From: Giardia intestinalis
Taxonomy: Eukaryota
Length of the DNA stretch: 64,000 bases
Reading direction: 5' to 3' (one strand)
Assembly (NCBI GenBank): GCA_000002435.2
Contig: CM018791.1
A program made the translations under genes and the position numbers. The notes below the pieces were generated by a model. It was not told where the DNA came from. It saw nothing but the letters and a program-made list of their open reading frames with translations, and ran no database searches. Positions 28,199 through 39,900 of the stretch are shown in pieces. Within the stretch, counting starts at the first letter, position 1. Each line of letters opens with the position of its first letter.

Positions 28199-29329
28199 TT
28201 ATTCGTAAAAGAAATCATAGATGAATGCGCAACAAATGCTTGCTAGTATGTGACAATCGATTCGATCTATGACGCCGCCGTGTCCGGGTATTAAATTGCT
28301 GAAGTTTTTAATTTTTGCACAGCGCTTGGCAAGCGAGGCCAGCATGCCCCCAACTGGCCCCACGATGCTTATCCACAGAGCAAGGAGCATGCAGCAGATG
28401 TACATCCGGCTCAGCTGACTGTTGTCCAGTAGAGACACACCGTGGGTAGCGGCCTTCGTCGCTGCTGCGGCCATTGTGGCAGCCTGCATGGCTGCGTCAG
28501 CATCCAGCCTAGACCTAAATACCTCGCCACCAAACTTTTCGATCAAGGGGATTGCACAGAAATGCGAAAATACTAGGGTGGCAACCCCGGCACCAATGTA
28601 CCCCTCCCAAGTCTTCGACGGCGAGACGCGTACTAAGGAATGGCGCCCCAGCAGCTTTCCTAGTATGTATGCGAAGGTGTCGTTCGCAACCACTAGTACA
28701 GAGGGAAGATAAAAATACATCCCATCCTTCTGGACGGTCATGATGATACGTATCTCCAGACAAGTCAGAAACAGCCCTCCCATAACCCATCCACAAAAGT
28801 TCAGGACGGGCAAGAACGGGTCCCTCACGTGAAGAAGTAGAACAAGGAGGAAGAAGGTGCTGATGACAAAGCTGTATAGTTTGTTAAAAAGATAGGGCAG
28901 ACCATTCTGCACTGCTCGCAAGGCCATGAATAATGCATTAGCAAGGCTGGGTGATAGCCTGGCTGCATAGAAGACTACGTAGGAGCCTACCCTCTCCACA
29001 AACTTGCCCAAAAACTCTGGCAAGTCCATGTTTGCCGTGAGCACGGCAAGGTAGAGAGACCAGGCCGTGAGGATCATGAAGCATGCCGAGCGAGGACAGT
29101 GGACACGCAGCGAGGCACTCGCCGTGTGCAGTATCTCATAATATGTGCAGAAGGAAAGCAGCAATAGAGTGTAAGGGAGATAGAACGGATACCAGAGCAT
29201 AGAGCCGAAAAATACAATCATGCACACTCCAGACACTGTTCTCACAATTAAGCGAAAGATACTATCACGGCGCCCTCCAGGCGCGGCAGCTGGTGGCTTG
29301 GCAACCGCACGTCTGTGTTTAGCCCCCAT
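28199..29329 (-). CDS. CDS: Phosphatidate cytidylyltransferase (CDP-diacylglycerol synthase)
   Basis: CTP-transferase family signatures SPSKTWEGYIGAG and KRCAKIKNFSNLIPGHGGVIDRIDCH; multiple TM helices. Confidence 0.85.
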   Translation of the reverse strand: MGAKHRRAVAKPPAAAPGGRRDSIFRLIVRTVSGVCMIVFFGSMLWYPFYLPYTLLLLSFCTYYEILHTASASLRVHCPRSACFMILTAWSLYLAVLTANMDLPEFLGKFVERVGSYVVFYAARLSPSLANALFMALRAVQNGLPYLFNKLYSFVISTFFLLVLLLHVRDPFLPVLNFCGWVMGGLFLTCLEIRIIMTVQKDGMYFYLPSVLVVANDTFAYILGKLLGRHSLVRVSPSKTWEGYIGAGVATLVFSHFCAIPLIEKFGGEVFRSRLDADAAMQAATMAAAATKAATHGVSLLDNSQLSRMYICCMLLALWISIVGPVGGMLASLAKRCAKIKNFSNLIPGHGGVIDRIDCHILASICCAFIYDFFYE

Positions 29330-29397
29330 TTTTAATTTATGGACATTTGGACAGAATTCTTAAAATGTACTGAATAAAATGCACTGAGGGCGTTTTT

Positions 29398-31080
29398 ATG
29401 ACCCACTTTGCCCTGTTCGAAGATGAAAGTATTAGCGAAAATGTAGCGGGAAGCACATCTATAACGCATGCAGTTTCCATAGGAGATTCAACTCCCGCCT
29501 CAGAGTCCCCAGAAGAGCCTACTAAACCTCCTCCTTTGTGCGATGCTTCGGAGGCACTTAGAGGCACCAGTACAGAGGTCACTTTTAGTTCCTTGGGCGT
29601 GTCTCCTATGCTTGCACAACTCCTAAACCAGTACACCATCACAGTGCCCACAGACATTCAACAAAAGTCGCTTCCATACACGATGCAGGGGCGGGACTTT
29701 TGTGGAATAGCCCGCACAGGATCGGGGAAAACACTCTGCTTTGCGCTTCCGATTCTTCAGGAGCTTTCTCAGGATCCTTATGGAATATTTGCACTCGTTC
29801 TTACCCCAACTCGTGAGCTTGCCCTTCAGATAGAGCAGCAAATGAACGCTTATGGAAACCCTCTGGGTATACAGGCTCAGAGCTTGATCGGAGGGAAGGA
29901 CTCGGTCGAGCAGTCGGCAATCTTAGATTCCAGGCCGCACATCCTCATCGCTACGCCAGGGAGGCTAGCGTACATGCTAGAGTCCGCTGCTGCCCAAAGG
30001 AACTTCCGCCGAATGAAGTACTTAGTTCTAGATGAGGCGGACAGGCTTCTTTGTGGCGACCCAGAATTCAACAAGCAGCTTACAATGATCCTCCAGGCGC
30101 TGCCTCCCATCAGCAAGCGCACAACCTTTCTCTTCACGGCAACGCTAAGTAACAACCTAAAGCATTTCCTCACCAACGACTCAAACACTATACCATCCGG
30201 CGACAACCGAGAGCAGCGTATGAAGCGATTTACTTACATTAATGTGGAAGGAAAGGACATGGCGCTAGTGCAGCAGCTTATCCAAAAGTATCTATTGATT
30301 CCTCAGCCCAGTCACAAGGTCACCTGGCTCGCATGGCTCCTATCTATGATTTCAGGAATCCAGATTAATAAGAGGTCAGACAACGCCATAGCTAGCACAG
30401 AATACAAACTCGATGACCTGGCAGATCTTTCCTTCAACCGTTCCTCTTCACTTGGCTCGAAGCTAACTGAAGAGAGAGTGAAAGAGCTGATTGTCCTGGG
30501 AGGTGTCCGCTCAATAATAATTTTCACCGACACCTGCACATCCTGCTCAGAACTGGAGCTCACACTAGCAGAGCTGAAGTTCCCTGTATGCGCGCTGCAT
30601 GGGCTCATGACCCTTGACCAAAGAATATACAACATGAAACTGTTTAAAACGTACCAGGCACGGATCCTAGTGGCTACAGACTTGGCCAGCCGTGGCTTGG
30701 ACATAGACACGGTCGATTTGATAATCAACTACAATGTGCCCAGTACTCCCGACGATTATATCCATCGTGTTGGACGCACGTGCCGGGCAGGACGAGATGG
30801 CTGCGCTATCACGTTCGTGGAGGCACCAGAGAGGGACAGACTGTATGCCATAGAGGAGCAAACACAGAAGCAGTTGACTAATTTGCGATATGTAATCGAC
30901 AGGACAAACAGCGACAGGGTTATCCGAGTGTCAGAAGAGGTCATTTTAACTGCATATTACATCACTGTCTCTTCTGCTAATATTACTGCAAAATTGAAGC
31001 GCGAAGAGCAGGGGGTTACTGAGCAAAATGAAAAACGGAACAAATGGCGGCTTGAAAAACGGCGCGGCGTGAAATTGTGA
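29398..31080 (+). CDS. ATP-dependent DEAD-box RNA helicase (Dbp8/DDX49- or Rrp3/DDX47-like)
   Basis: Q motif (FSSLGV...PTDIQ), motif I ARTGSGKT, PTRELA, DEAD (LVLDEADRLL), TAT, ILVATDLASRGLDI, HRVGRTCRAGRDG. Confidence 0.85.
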   Translation: MTHFALFEDESISENVAGSTSITHAVSIGDSTPASESPEEPTKPPPLCDASEALRGTSTEVTFSSLGVSPMLAQLLNQYTITVPTDIQQKSLPYTMQGRDFCGIARTGSGKTLCFALPILQELSQDPYGIFALVLTPTRELALQIEQQMNAYGNPLGIQAQSLIGGKDSVEQSAILDSRPHILIATPGRLAYMLESAAAQRNFRRMKYLVLDEADRLLCGDPEFNKQLTMILQALPPISKRTTFLFTATLSNNLKHFLTNDSNTIPSGDNREQRMKRFTYINVEGKDMALVQQLIQKYLLIPQPSHKVTWLAWLLSMISGIQINKRSDNAIASTEYKLDDLADLSFNRSSSLGSKLTEERVKELIVLGGVRSIIIFTDTCTSCSELELTLAELKFPVCALHGLMTLDQRIYNMKLFKTYQARILVATDLASRGLDIDTVDLIINYNVPSTPDDYIHRVGRTCRAGRDGCAITFVEAPERDRLYAIEEQTQKQLTNLRYVIDRTNSDRVIRVSEEVILTAYYITVSSANITAKLKREEQGVTEQNEKRNKWRLEKRRGVKL

Positions 31081-31450
31081 TACGCTTGTAAATTCTCTGT
31101 TCACAGAAATTGTCCTCCAAGACCATTGCATAGACTGATTGTCCCGTGTGGAGCTTTTTCCTCTCCCCCTCCTTCTCTCTGCGTGCTTTTTCTCTGTTTG
31201 TGCGTGTGCACGCGTGTACATATGTCCAACAGCAGAGAGTTACTGTTTACTTCAATCAAAGTTCACTGATTGACATCTTTGTGACATTACCAACGCTCCT
31301 GTAACGCACAAACCGCAAAGAAGAAATCATAAGAAGAACACAACTACAGCAAGAAACCTTTACCCTCACACTCTAACCAATCATTGAGTGTAAGAGCAAA
31401 GGCAAGCCGAATTCGCGCGCCGCTGCAAGAAGGGAATGCTAGACCCTCAC

Positions 31451-32071
31451 CTACTGTGCCTCATATTCGTTCATGCTAGCTGCCTCCACGTTGGCACTGA
31501 CACTGCCCTGTGGAATGGCAGGAAGAGCCCCGCTGGCCTGGTCAGACTCAAGAACTTTGTTAATCACATCATTGATTTCGGCCTCGACGCGCGCATCCAT
31601 GTCATTGCTCTGAAGGGCGTTTTCAAACTGAGAGTTGAAGATGGAGTTGACTATGCCCATTCGCTCCAGCTCTCTGGACATGTTCACTATACCCTCTCTA
31701 AACCCATTAGTGCTGAATAGTTCGTTGATCCTCCCGACGACAGCGCCCGAGTCTTTGATAAGGGCGTGAATCTGCTGCTGAGTCGCCTGAAGCCTCACTT
31801 CTCTCTCAAGACTTGTGACCTGGACGATGAAGAGATTTATCTGATCCTTCACCTTCTTGGCGTCAAGACAGGACTTCGCAAGAGCTCTCATGCCTTCGGA
31901 ACAGTCGTAATTCAGCTTGGCCATCTCTCTCATCTCACGTTGAAGCCTGCTGACATGAGAGTCAATTTCCCTAATTTCCTTGTTGAAAGCGCTAACAGAA
32001 TCCCTCTGCAGTTGCTTCATGGCATCTAAGAGTTGCTGGACGGTGGCCTTCGGTGAGAGTTCCGCTCCCAT
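31451..32071 (-). CDS. ESCRT-III subunit, Snf7/CHMP family (CHMP1/Vps46-like or Vps2/Vps24-like)
   Basis: 206 aa. Basic helical N-terminal half and acidic C-terminal half with the Snf7 pattern (LLDAMKQLQRDSVSAFNKEIREIDSHVSRLQREMREMAK ... IVNMSRELERMGIVNSIFNSQFE). Confidence 0.6.
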   Translation of the reverse strand: MGAELSPKATVQQLLDAMKQLQRDSVSAFNKEIREIDSHVSRLQREMREMAKLNYDCSEGMRALAKSCLDAKKVKDQINLFIVQVTSLEREVRLQATQQQIHALIKDSGAVVGRINELFSTNGFREGIVNMSRELERMGIVNSIFNSQFENALQSNDMDARVEAEINDVINKVLESDQASGALPAIPQGSVSANVEAASMNEYEAQ

Positions 32072-32121
32072 TTTTTTCGATTATACTAAATTAACTTTTT
32101 TGGTAAGGGATGCTCAATTAC

Positions 32122-33801
32122 TTAATTGTCGACACTGGAAAGATCTATGGAAATAAAGCACGTTGTGCCAAGGGCAGAAACAAATAGCACAACACCAAGG
32201 ATGAAACTTACCCAGGAAAGGGCGCGAAGCCGCTTGAGCCTGCTCGTATTTCTAAAGATCTTCTCTTGAGCAAGCTGAACAGGGCCCACATAATAGTTGT
32301 TATAGTATCGCTTGAGCGTCTCTCCACCCTCTCCCAGCTCGGCCTCAAGGGACTGGCGCATGCTTCTTTGCTTTCGACTTCGCACAGGCTCCACCAGTGC
32401 TGCTGTGTCGTCATTATATTTGAGGAGCTTGTGCGGCTTTTCATGCTGCTCTATCGCTAGACGGAGACGGAGGGCTCGGCTAAATTGCTGATTGTAATGA
32501 CTTTTAGGGTTCAGAAATGAAAGCGTGAAGATTGCGGGGAAGATGAATACCAACGGAACACCTGCGAGCATCCCAGTCAGGTCCAGGACGATCCCCACGT
32601 CGTTGACAAAGCACCCTATCAGTGCGGTGAAGACGACGACGGTCAAAGAGATGAGGATGGACCACTTACGGCGCACATATTCTGTCTGAAATATCGCGTC
32701 TTCGACGGCCCGGCGGAGAGCAAAGCACACGACTGGAAAGGAGAACACAAGGACGAATATTATGCCTATGTCGGCAATCTCACTCCAGATGTGCGCAGAT
32801 GGGTACTCCGCCAGATTCAGGAGGATGTCTGGAAGACACTGGTCAGTGAACATAAAGTAGCCTGCCAGTCCGACCGTTACATTCAACAGTGCAACAACGA
32901 CTGCAACGATGACTATAATGTGCTTCATTTTCGTCAGGCTCTTGTTCCGTACTTCCTTGTAAATATTTAGACTGTTGTAGTGTCCACAAAACGTGATTGA
33001 CAGGGACGCCACTGCCAGGATCAGATTCAGTGAGGTGCTGACGGGGACAGGGCTTCCTTTCTTAATCGGACGAACAATATTTTTATTTATTATCGACGAA
33101 CTATTACTAAGGATTGCAAAGGACAAAATCATAACCATGAAGTATATGAGACATACTATGCTTAGCAGAGAGGTAAGCCATAAAGAGTTTAAGTTCCTCA
33201 ACAGTGAAAGGGGAAGGATCGCTACAAGGGAAACTGCAATGAGTGATAGCTGCCCGGCCCACTCCAGTTCGGGGTTTGCAGAGAAGAAGAACATGCTTTC
33301 ACGAATGAGCACAGTGAAGGCCATGAGAAGCCCGAGGGTCAGAGCAATGATGAGGATGTTGACCAAATTTCCGACGTGCCTGTTGTAGAGCTTCTGAGCG
33401 ATTGCACCGTAGTTGAAGACCTGCAGGGCATCTGAAATGAAGCTCAAAAGATAGAAGGAGATGGAGCCAATGACGATCACAAAGATCATCGAGAACAAAC
33501 CTATCACCCAGCCGGAGCGCATGACGGTATACGGAAGGGCCAAGAGTCCGGCGCCGCTGATCGTGTTTATTAGGTTAATGCTACTAGATAAGATGCTTGC
33601 TGTGCCCTCAAAGGGCACCACAAACTGATCCGAGATGTCGCTCATGAAGGACACTTCGGAGTCAGACGAGGGCTCAAATTGACTAAATGATAAATCCGGA
33701 CCAATATAACTGGTGTACATCCCCCGCTTTTCACCTGGGTGATGTGTGCGGATGGATCCCGCACGTGGGCGCACACGCTCGTTTGTGTTCGAAGGCTCCA
33801 T
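32122..33801 (-). CDS. Transmembrane amino acid transporter (Aa_trans/SLC38-AVT-like family)
   Basis: About 11 hydrophobic helices. N-terminal INTISGAGLLALPYTVMRSGWVIG motif typical of the Aa_trans family. Confidence 0.6.
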   Translation of the reverse strand: MEPSNTNERVRPRAGSIRTHHPGEKRGMYTSYIGPDLSFSQFEPSSDSEVSFMSDISDQFVVPFEGTASILSSSINLINTISGAGLLALPYTVMRSGWVIGLFSMIFVIVIGSISFYLLSFISDALQVFNYGAIAQKLYNRHVGNLVNILIIALTLGLLMAFTVLIRESMFFFSANPELEWAGQLSLIAVSLVAILPLSLLRNLNSLWLTSLLSIVCLIYFMVMILSFAILSNSSSIINKNIVRPIKKGSPVPVSTSLNLILAVASLSITFCGHYNSLNIYKEVRNKSLTKMKHIIVIVAVVVALLNVTVGLAGYFMFTDQCLPDILLNLAEYPSAHIWSEIADIGIIFVLVFSFPVVCFALRRAVEDAIFQTEYVRRKWSILISLTVVVFTALIGCFVNDVGIVLDLTGMLAGVPLVFIFPAIFTLSFLNPKSHYNQQFSRALRLRLAIEQHEKPHKLLKYNDDTAALVEPVRSRKQRSMRQSLEAELGEGGETLKRYYNNYYVGPVQLAQEKIFRNTSRLKRLRALSWVSFILGVVLFVSALGTTCFISIDLSSVDN

Positions 33802-33915
33802 GCAGCGCCTATGTTTTTAATTTTTTCGCCGTAGCACAAGCCAAAATGCCTGAGTGCACGCATTCCCCATATGGTGCAGAGCTCAGAGCTGTACTTGCTA
33901 CATATATCTGGGTGC

Positions 33916-36900
33916 TCACATATCTTGTAAGAAGAGCTCTGGATACGCACGGGTCAGATTTCCAATCTTCTCCTTCATAGATGCAACGTCTTGCATGGCA
34001 TTGTCTATATCGTTGAGAAGCCTTTGCCTGTCCTGCTCGGCCGCCTCGTCTTCTATGTACGCTGCATTTTGCTGCAGGACGCTTACTGATGCCTTTGTCG
34101 CTGTCGCACGAGACATTGCCTCTGTGCACTGCGTCTCGGCAGTAGTAATCGCGTGCTTTTCCTTCTGGATTGAGCGCCGCAGGTTATTCTCTGTCACAGA
34201 AGATTGGCGCCGGATTTGGTTGATTGCCTGTTCTAAGCGCTGCTTCTCAGCAGCCAAGGACTCACGCTCTACCGATAGCTTCTTTAGCTGAATAAGCTGA
34301 ACCTCCGCATCTGTGCACAGCTTGATTCCTCCTTTCACCGCAGCCTTAGAGAGCTCTGGAAGAAACTTCTTGGCAGCTAAACCATATATTGAAGCCCCTT
34401 TCCCTTCCACTGCTAGCTGAGTCCCAGCCTTGTCAAGACCTGGAAGAGAAGACTTATTACTATCACTGTCACCCATCTTTTCTGGGTGACGGGCAGACTC
34501 GACTCTATTTCTTTTGGCCGCGAGCCCATCAATCTGAGCGCGCAGCTCAGTTGTCTCTGATGTCTTATCTGCTATTATCGCCTGCAAGTTGTGCACTCTA
34601 CTCCCAAGAGTCAGCTCTATCTCCTTTCCGCGGGCAGAGGCTATCCATATATCCTTATTGTATTTGGAAAGCTCGTCTCCTATTGAGCTTAAAAGGTCTG
34701 ACAACTTCGTCCTGAGATGGGAAATGTACAGATTACTGAAGTTCCGTTCTAAATGCAAGCGTATACGCACATTTCCCCACTCCTCCGTTAGGTCCTTGAG
34801 CATGGCGTCATACTTGGCAATGATATCGTAGTCATATTCTCCGAGGTTGTCATCGCCGATCGCACCCGTGGCACGCTCTGATGCAGGGTTTTGCTGAGCA
34901 AAATCCTTGGATATATAGCCCAGTGTAGTCATGTACGACTTTCTCGTGTTCAGCACTGCCCTATGTATCGTATCCTGCTTACGGCTTAGTAATAGATATC
35001 TGTGGCGCTTTGCTAGGAGTATACTATCGTAGAGGAGAAGAATCCGGCGGCTCATCTCTGCATGAAGAGCGTTCCTGAGGCAAGTTTCCTTGATGTGCAA
35101 CGATTTGACATTGTTGTAGCATTCCAGTGTCATGGTTGTGAGCTCCTCAGTATAGGCAGTGGCTACAGGGTTCAGCGATGCCAAAGCTCTTCGTGTGATC
35201 TCCTCCCGTAGGGCATGCTTTCGGGAGTGGAAAGCCTCTATGTTTCGATAGTTTTGCTTATAAAGCTTCAGCCCAAGAGCTCCTGTGCGCTTACCAATAA
35301 TATCTGTGAAGTAACTTTCAATTGCAGCCATTGACCCTGCAACATCGACCGCCAGGTCGTTGAACTTCTCGGTGACATTCTCTACTCTGAAGAGGAGCAG
35401 CTCCAGGGAAAATCGCTCCTTTTCAAGTGAGCTAGTGCTCTCAGATAGAGGAGGCGTTGCAGAAGCTTTTGGCAATAGAGACGTGCTCACATAAGAGGGC
35501 ATGTCAAGTGTATAGCTTAGTGCGTTTGCATGGGCTGCAGTATACACACTGGATAGTGTATAAAGAAAAGACATCGGGTTCCTTATCTGAACCCCCAGCA
35601 GTTCGCGTTTGAGCTTAGATGCCAACCTAGACACCGTGAAATTGATGAAGCCAGACATTATCCGGATAATATACATGTTCATGAGCGAATAGTCATCGAA
35701 GCTCAAATATGCTTGATCGAGGCTATCAACTGCCTTAGCTTTTAACTGCTTTATAGCGGCATCTCCTCCCTCAATGATACCGGTCTCTAGTATGTCCACA
35801 AGTGCCTTTGTTGCTTTAATCTTTGCTGATAGAGCAGCACTGTTAGAAAGTCCCGCGTCCCTGAAGCCCGAGGTGCTTATAATATCGCTTGGCATGGTGT
35901 CGACGAGTCCTGAGGCCAGTCCCATGGATACTATTATAGATGGAGGGATTTGCTTGAGAGATGATATCCCAAAGGATGCCTTAGCATTTGAGCGCTCACG
36001 ACTAAGAACATTTGCCATCTGGCTTAGTCGCACCCCCTCGCCTATGGAAGACAGGAAGTTAATGTAAGCAGATCCTAAAGAGGAGGCACCGCTGCCAAAG
36101 TCTATTGTCGCATCTGTAAGGGCGTTGTACTTGTTAAGTCCTGCAAGATTGTTCTCAAGGTATCCAATTCTTCTCCAGAGCTGTCTCATGGCTATACATT
36201 TTATGTTTTCGCAAAGAACTTCTGTCTGGACGCTTCGCAGGATGAAAAGACACTCCTGGAAGGATTGCACATCGGCCTTAACCGCTACCTTGTCTGTTGT
36301 TCGCTCGGACATATATACAAAAAGTGGTAAAGCTAAGAATGTTTGCATATCCCGCTTCTTTAGAGCGACAAGTGTTGGACCTTTGCTTCTATCAAAGACG
36401 CTCCTCTTTTTGTTAAGCTCATCCTCTTGCTGGCGTGTTTCCTGTAGCTTTTTGATGAACGGTATACGCATCATTTGTAAGGCACGTTGCACCCCAAAGA
36501 TCCCAACGGGAGAGAGAAGTGCAGAGTGCTTATGGTTATCATTAAACCCGTGCAGCCGCAAGTAGAGCCTCTCGAGCCTGTCCTGCTCAATTATCCGGCT
36601 TGCTAATATGCTCTCTATCTTTTTTCCGGCCCACGATGACTTATCGCAAGACGGTGAGTTACTCTTGCCTTCTGCCATGTTTGTGCCCGCATCAGTCTCT
36701 ACCTCCGCACCATACCCGGGTTGCTCACGCTCCTTGTTGGACGAGCGAGTCAGTTCGGTTATGCAAAGAGCATCCAACTCTAGTGATGTTAGTCCAGCTA
36801 GCAGAGAGGCACTTTGATCTGTTATCATGGCAGGAAGATACAAAGACCCAGGGAATATCTCCGAGTCTGTCTGAGGGGAGCTAGGACTGGGGACAGCGCT

Positions 36901-39900
36901 CTCTCCAAAGTCCAAGTCAGTGCTCAGATTTGCCGTGCAAGCAACAGAGGCTCTAGTGTCGAGCACGCTGTGCTTACGTTGTTTGAGTAACGTGAAGTCA
37001 TAGCACAACCCAAACGGGAAATAGGCCCCAATAGAACCATTAATACCAAACCCATTGGCAAGAGCGCGGATGTGTAGAGGACTAGAGTAGGGGGCATTAT
37101 ATGTGTTGATGTAAGAGAAGCTTGTAAAAGCTCGTATCGTAGATGGAATATAGGGACGTATTGTTAAAGGAGAAGCTTGTTGGGAGCCACAAGATAAGGA
37201 CCCCGAAATATAGTGGAAAACGACAGGATCCAGTAGTAAGGGAAGCCGATTTGTCAGGCCAGAACTTGAAATGCCGATCTTGTAAAGCTGAATGCGAGCC
37301 ACAGCATTTGTTAATGCAAATCGAGAGTGGAAATTAGAGATGCCGTCCATAACAGGGATATTCATGCATGCCATGAGAGACATGGTAGGTCCTGCAGCAT
37401 AGGAGGAGGTAGGATGGGACGAAAATACTGATCCAATCTGATAGTCAGCGGTCCTTTTGATATTTGCTTGCAAAGGGTATGTGAAATTCAACTTCTTTTC
37501 ACCATCGTTATCTGGAATATTCTGGTCGCTAGGTTTCGAGCCATTTGTTTCTGTGTGCTTTTCTGGATCAAGAGTTACCACAACGTTACTGTTCCGAGTG
37601 CAATATGAGGCAATTGAAGTATGTGGATGCTCTATCGCCGAGCGCACCATCTTGTTATGGTAATAGAATGGGGTCTTAAGGGATACGTCGTATGGTTCTA
37701 AACATTGATGCTTCAGTTTTAACTCCGAACTGCTTCTAGAGACAGTATCTATGGAATTGCCTGGAAAAGGCGTATATGGGCTTGCGCCTGCGTTCTCTTT
37801 CATGCTTCTTTGAAGAGCAGTTGTGGCCAGCTTCGTATAGAGGGCAGTCGGGTGTACTTCTAAATTAAAGCCATGCATGCCGAGCTGATAGTTGTACCTC
37901 ACTGCCAGGATCTGGGCTGTCCGTAAAAATGAACGTGCAGCTAGCCCCAGTCCTTTATGGACATAACTATTTGTTGCATGGGCCACTGTGGACAGGAGAA
38001 GCAGGTCAACACGGTCTTTCATCTCAATCAGCTTCTTGACAAAGATGTCCAGCTTGCAGTACTCGAGATTCCGCTTGGCCGTGTCATACAATACATAGAT
38101 GTCATCCTGCGTGTTTTCTAAGGTACCCTCAAGCTCCATCTCCATCACTCGCGTCTTTGACTGCACTGTAATAGCCTCCCTATCCACCAGCACTGTCTCC
38201 TGGCGCTTCTCTCCCGTATTTATTGCTTCCTCTGGAAGAATATATGACGAGTTCTCCTTTATGTCACGGATCACCTTGGAGTCTTTAGGCCTAGCATACC
38301 CTTTCACAGAGATAACGCTCAGGTATTCATGGACCACACTTGTCAATGCGCAATTCATGCTCTGAAGCTCCTTGTCTTCCAGATAAATGCATGAAGGAGT
38401 GAGAAGTGCGAAGAGATCAGTAGCGCTGAGGGCTTTTGCTTGGTCACCCTGGTTAACGTGATCACCGGAGCGCACGAGAGGGCCATCAGACGGGAGATGC
38501 ACGTTGAGACTGTGGCCTTTGTTTAGGTGCACGGTTACGTGTTGCAATTCAGGCATGAACTTTAGTTCATCGTTAATTATGCCGGCAGCAAACCATATGT
38601 CGCTGGAGTTAAGCAAGGTCTTAATAACCGCATACTGTACCACAGAATCCAGGCACGTTAGATACACGAGTATGATTTCCAAAATGGATATCTGATTGCT
38701 TTCTAATTGAAACGTAATAGGGTGTGGTATCGTGAAAGGATTGCTCAGGAAGCCTTCTGCAGTGAGTATCATTTCGGTAGAGTTCATGTTTGGCGCTTGC
38801 TCCAGTACTCCTCGATACAAGGGAGGAGAGTCCAGCAAAATGGTGAGCTTGTCCTGGTTAATCTCTTGTAGCACGCTTCGAAGCGCAGAGAGCTGCCCCT
38901 TGATCTGCGCCGTTATGGCAGTCCGTTTTGTCTCGGTAAGAAGGGCTTGGCAGCACGTGTAAAAGAGGGCCTGACGGTATGCAAAGAGAGCAGCTGGATT
39001 GGGATCATCACTATGAAATTGCTTGGTACGATAGCGGAACTCTGCACTGGCCAACAATGCAATCTTGCTTAGTGTTTCTTCTGAGGACACATAGTAGATA
39101 TTAGACAAATCTAGTGGAACAGTACGGTCTGATGAAACAAAAAAGCTGACTTGGTCCTTGGTTGCATTAACAAGAGGAATGGAATTAGCGAAAAACAAGC
39201 CTACCTTCATGCACTTGTACTTGTGCATAAACGCCGACTGTGTCTCGACAGGATCCATTGCAATCAAGCTATTGACAAGGTGTCTCCTACGTGCAAAGGC
39301 ATCGTAATATCCATGAACAGCCTTACTCATCACTGCAAAGACAGCTGAAAACTGATTATTCCTAATTACAGCTGACCTGTACGAATTGAGGCATACCTCC
39401 GTGTGCGCTGTTCTCCCGAAGATCCCAGTTACCCCCTGAAGGAAATCGGATATGAGGGGAGAGTCGCAAACACCCTTTATGTTGCCGGAGTTCAGCACTT
39501 CTTGAAGCGTCTCTCCCAGGATCGTCGTCATCTTGGTAGATATTCCATAGCCAAGGTCAAAGTCTTCTGAGAGAAGGCACGTCAACAAATGTATTGGGCT
39601 CTCTGTGTTAACGGTGAGAAGGTAGTGCATTGCTTCAACGTCAATTGTTGCTAGAAATGGAAGATTGTTAAGGAGCGCATCATAGGATACATACTCCTTA
39701 TAGTTGTACGCTTCTGCTGCAATCTCCTCTGACATCTTGGACTGCATGTTAGTATTTTTTAGCACACTGAAGTCAGTGTAAGAGCGATTGGCCAGTACAT
39801 TCTTAGACGCTCGTGCAGTTGTGGCGGAAAAGCTGCTCGCAAGAACCAGCCGTGGAAATAGGGGTATGCAATTTCTAGAAATGACTTCGCCGGTGAACAC

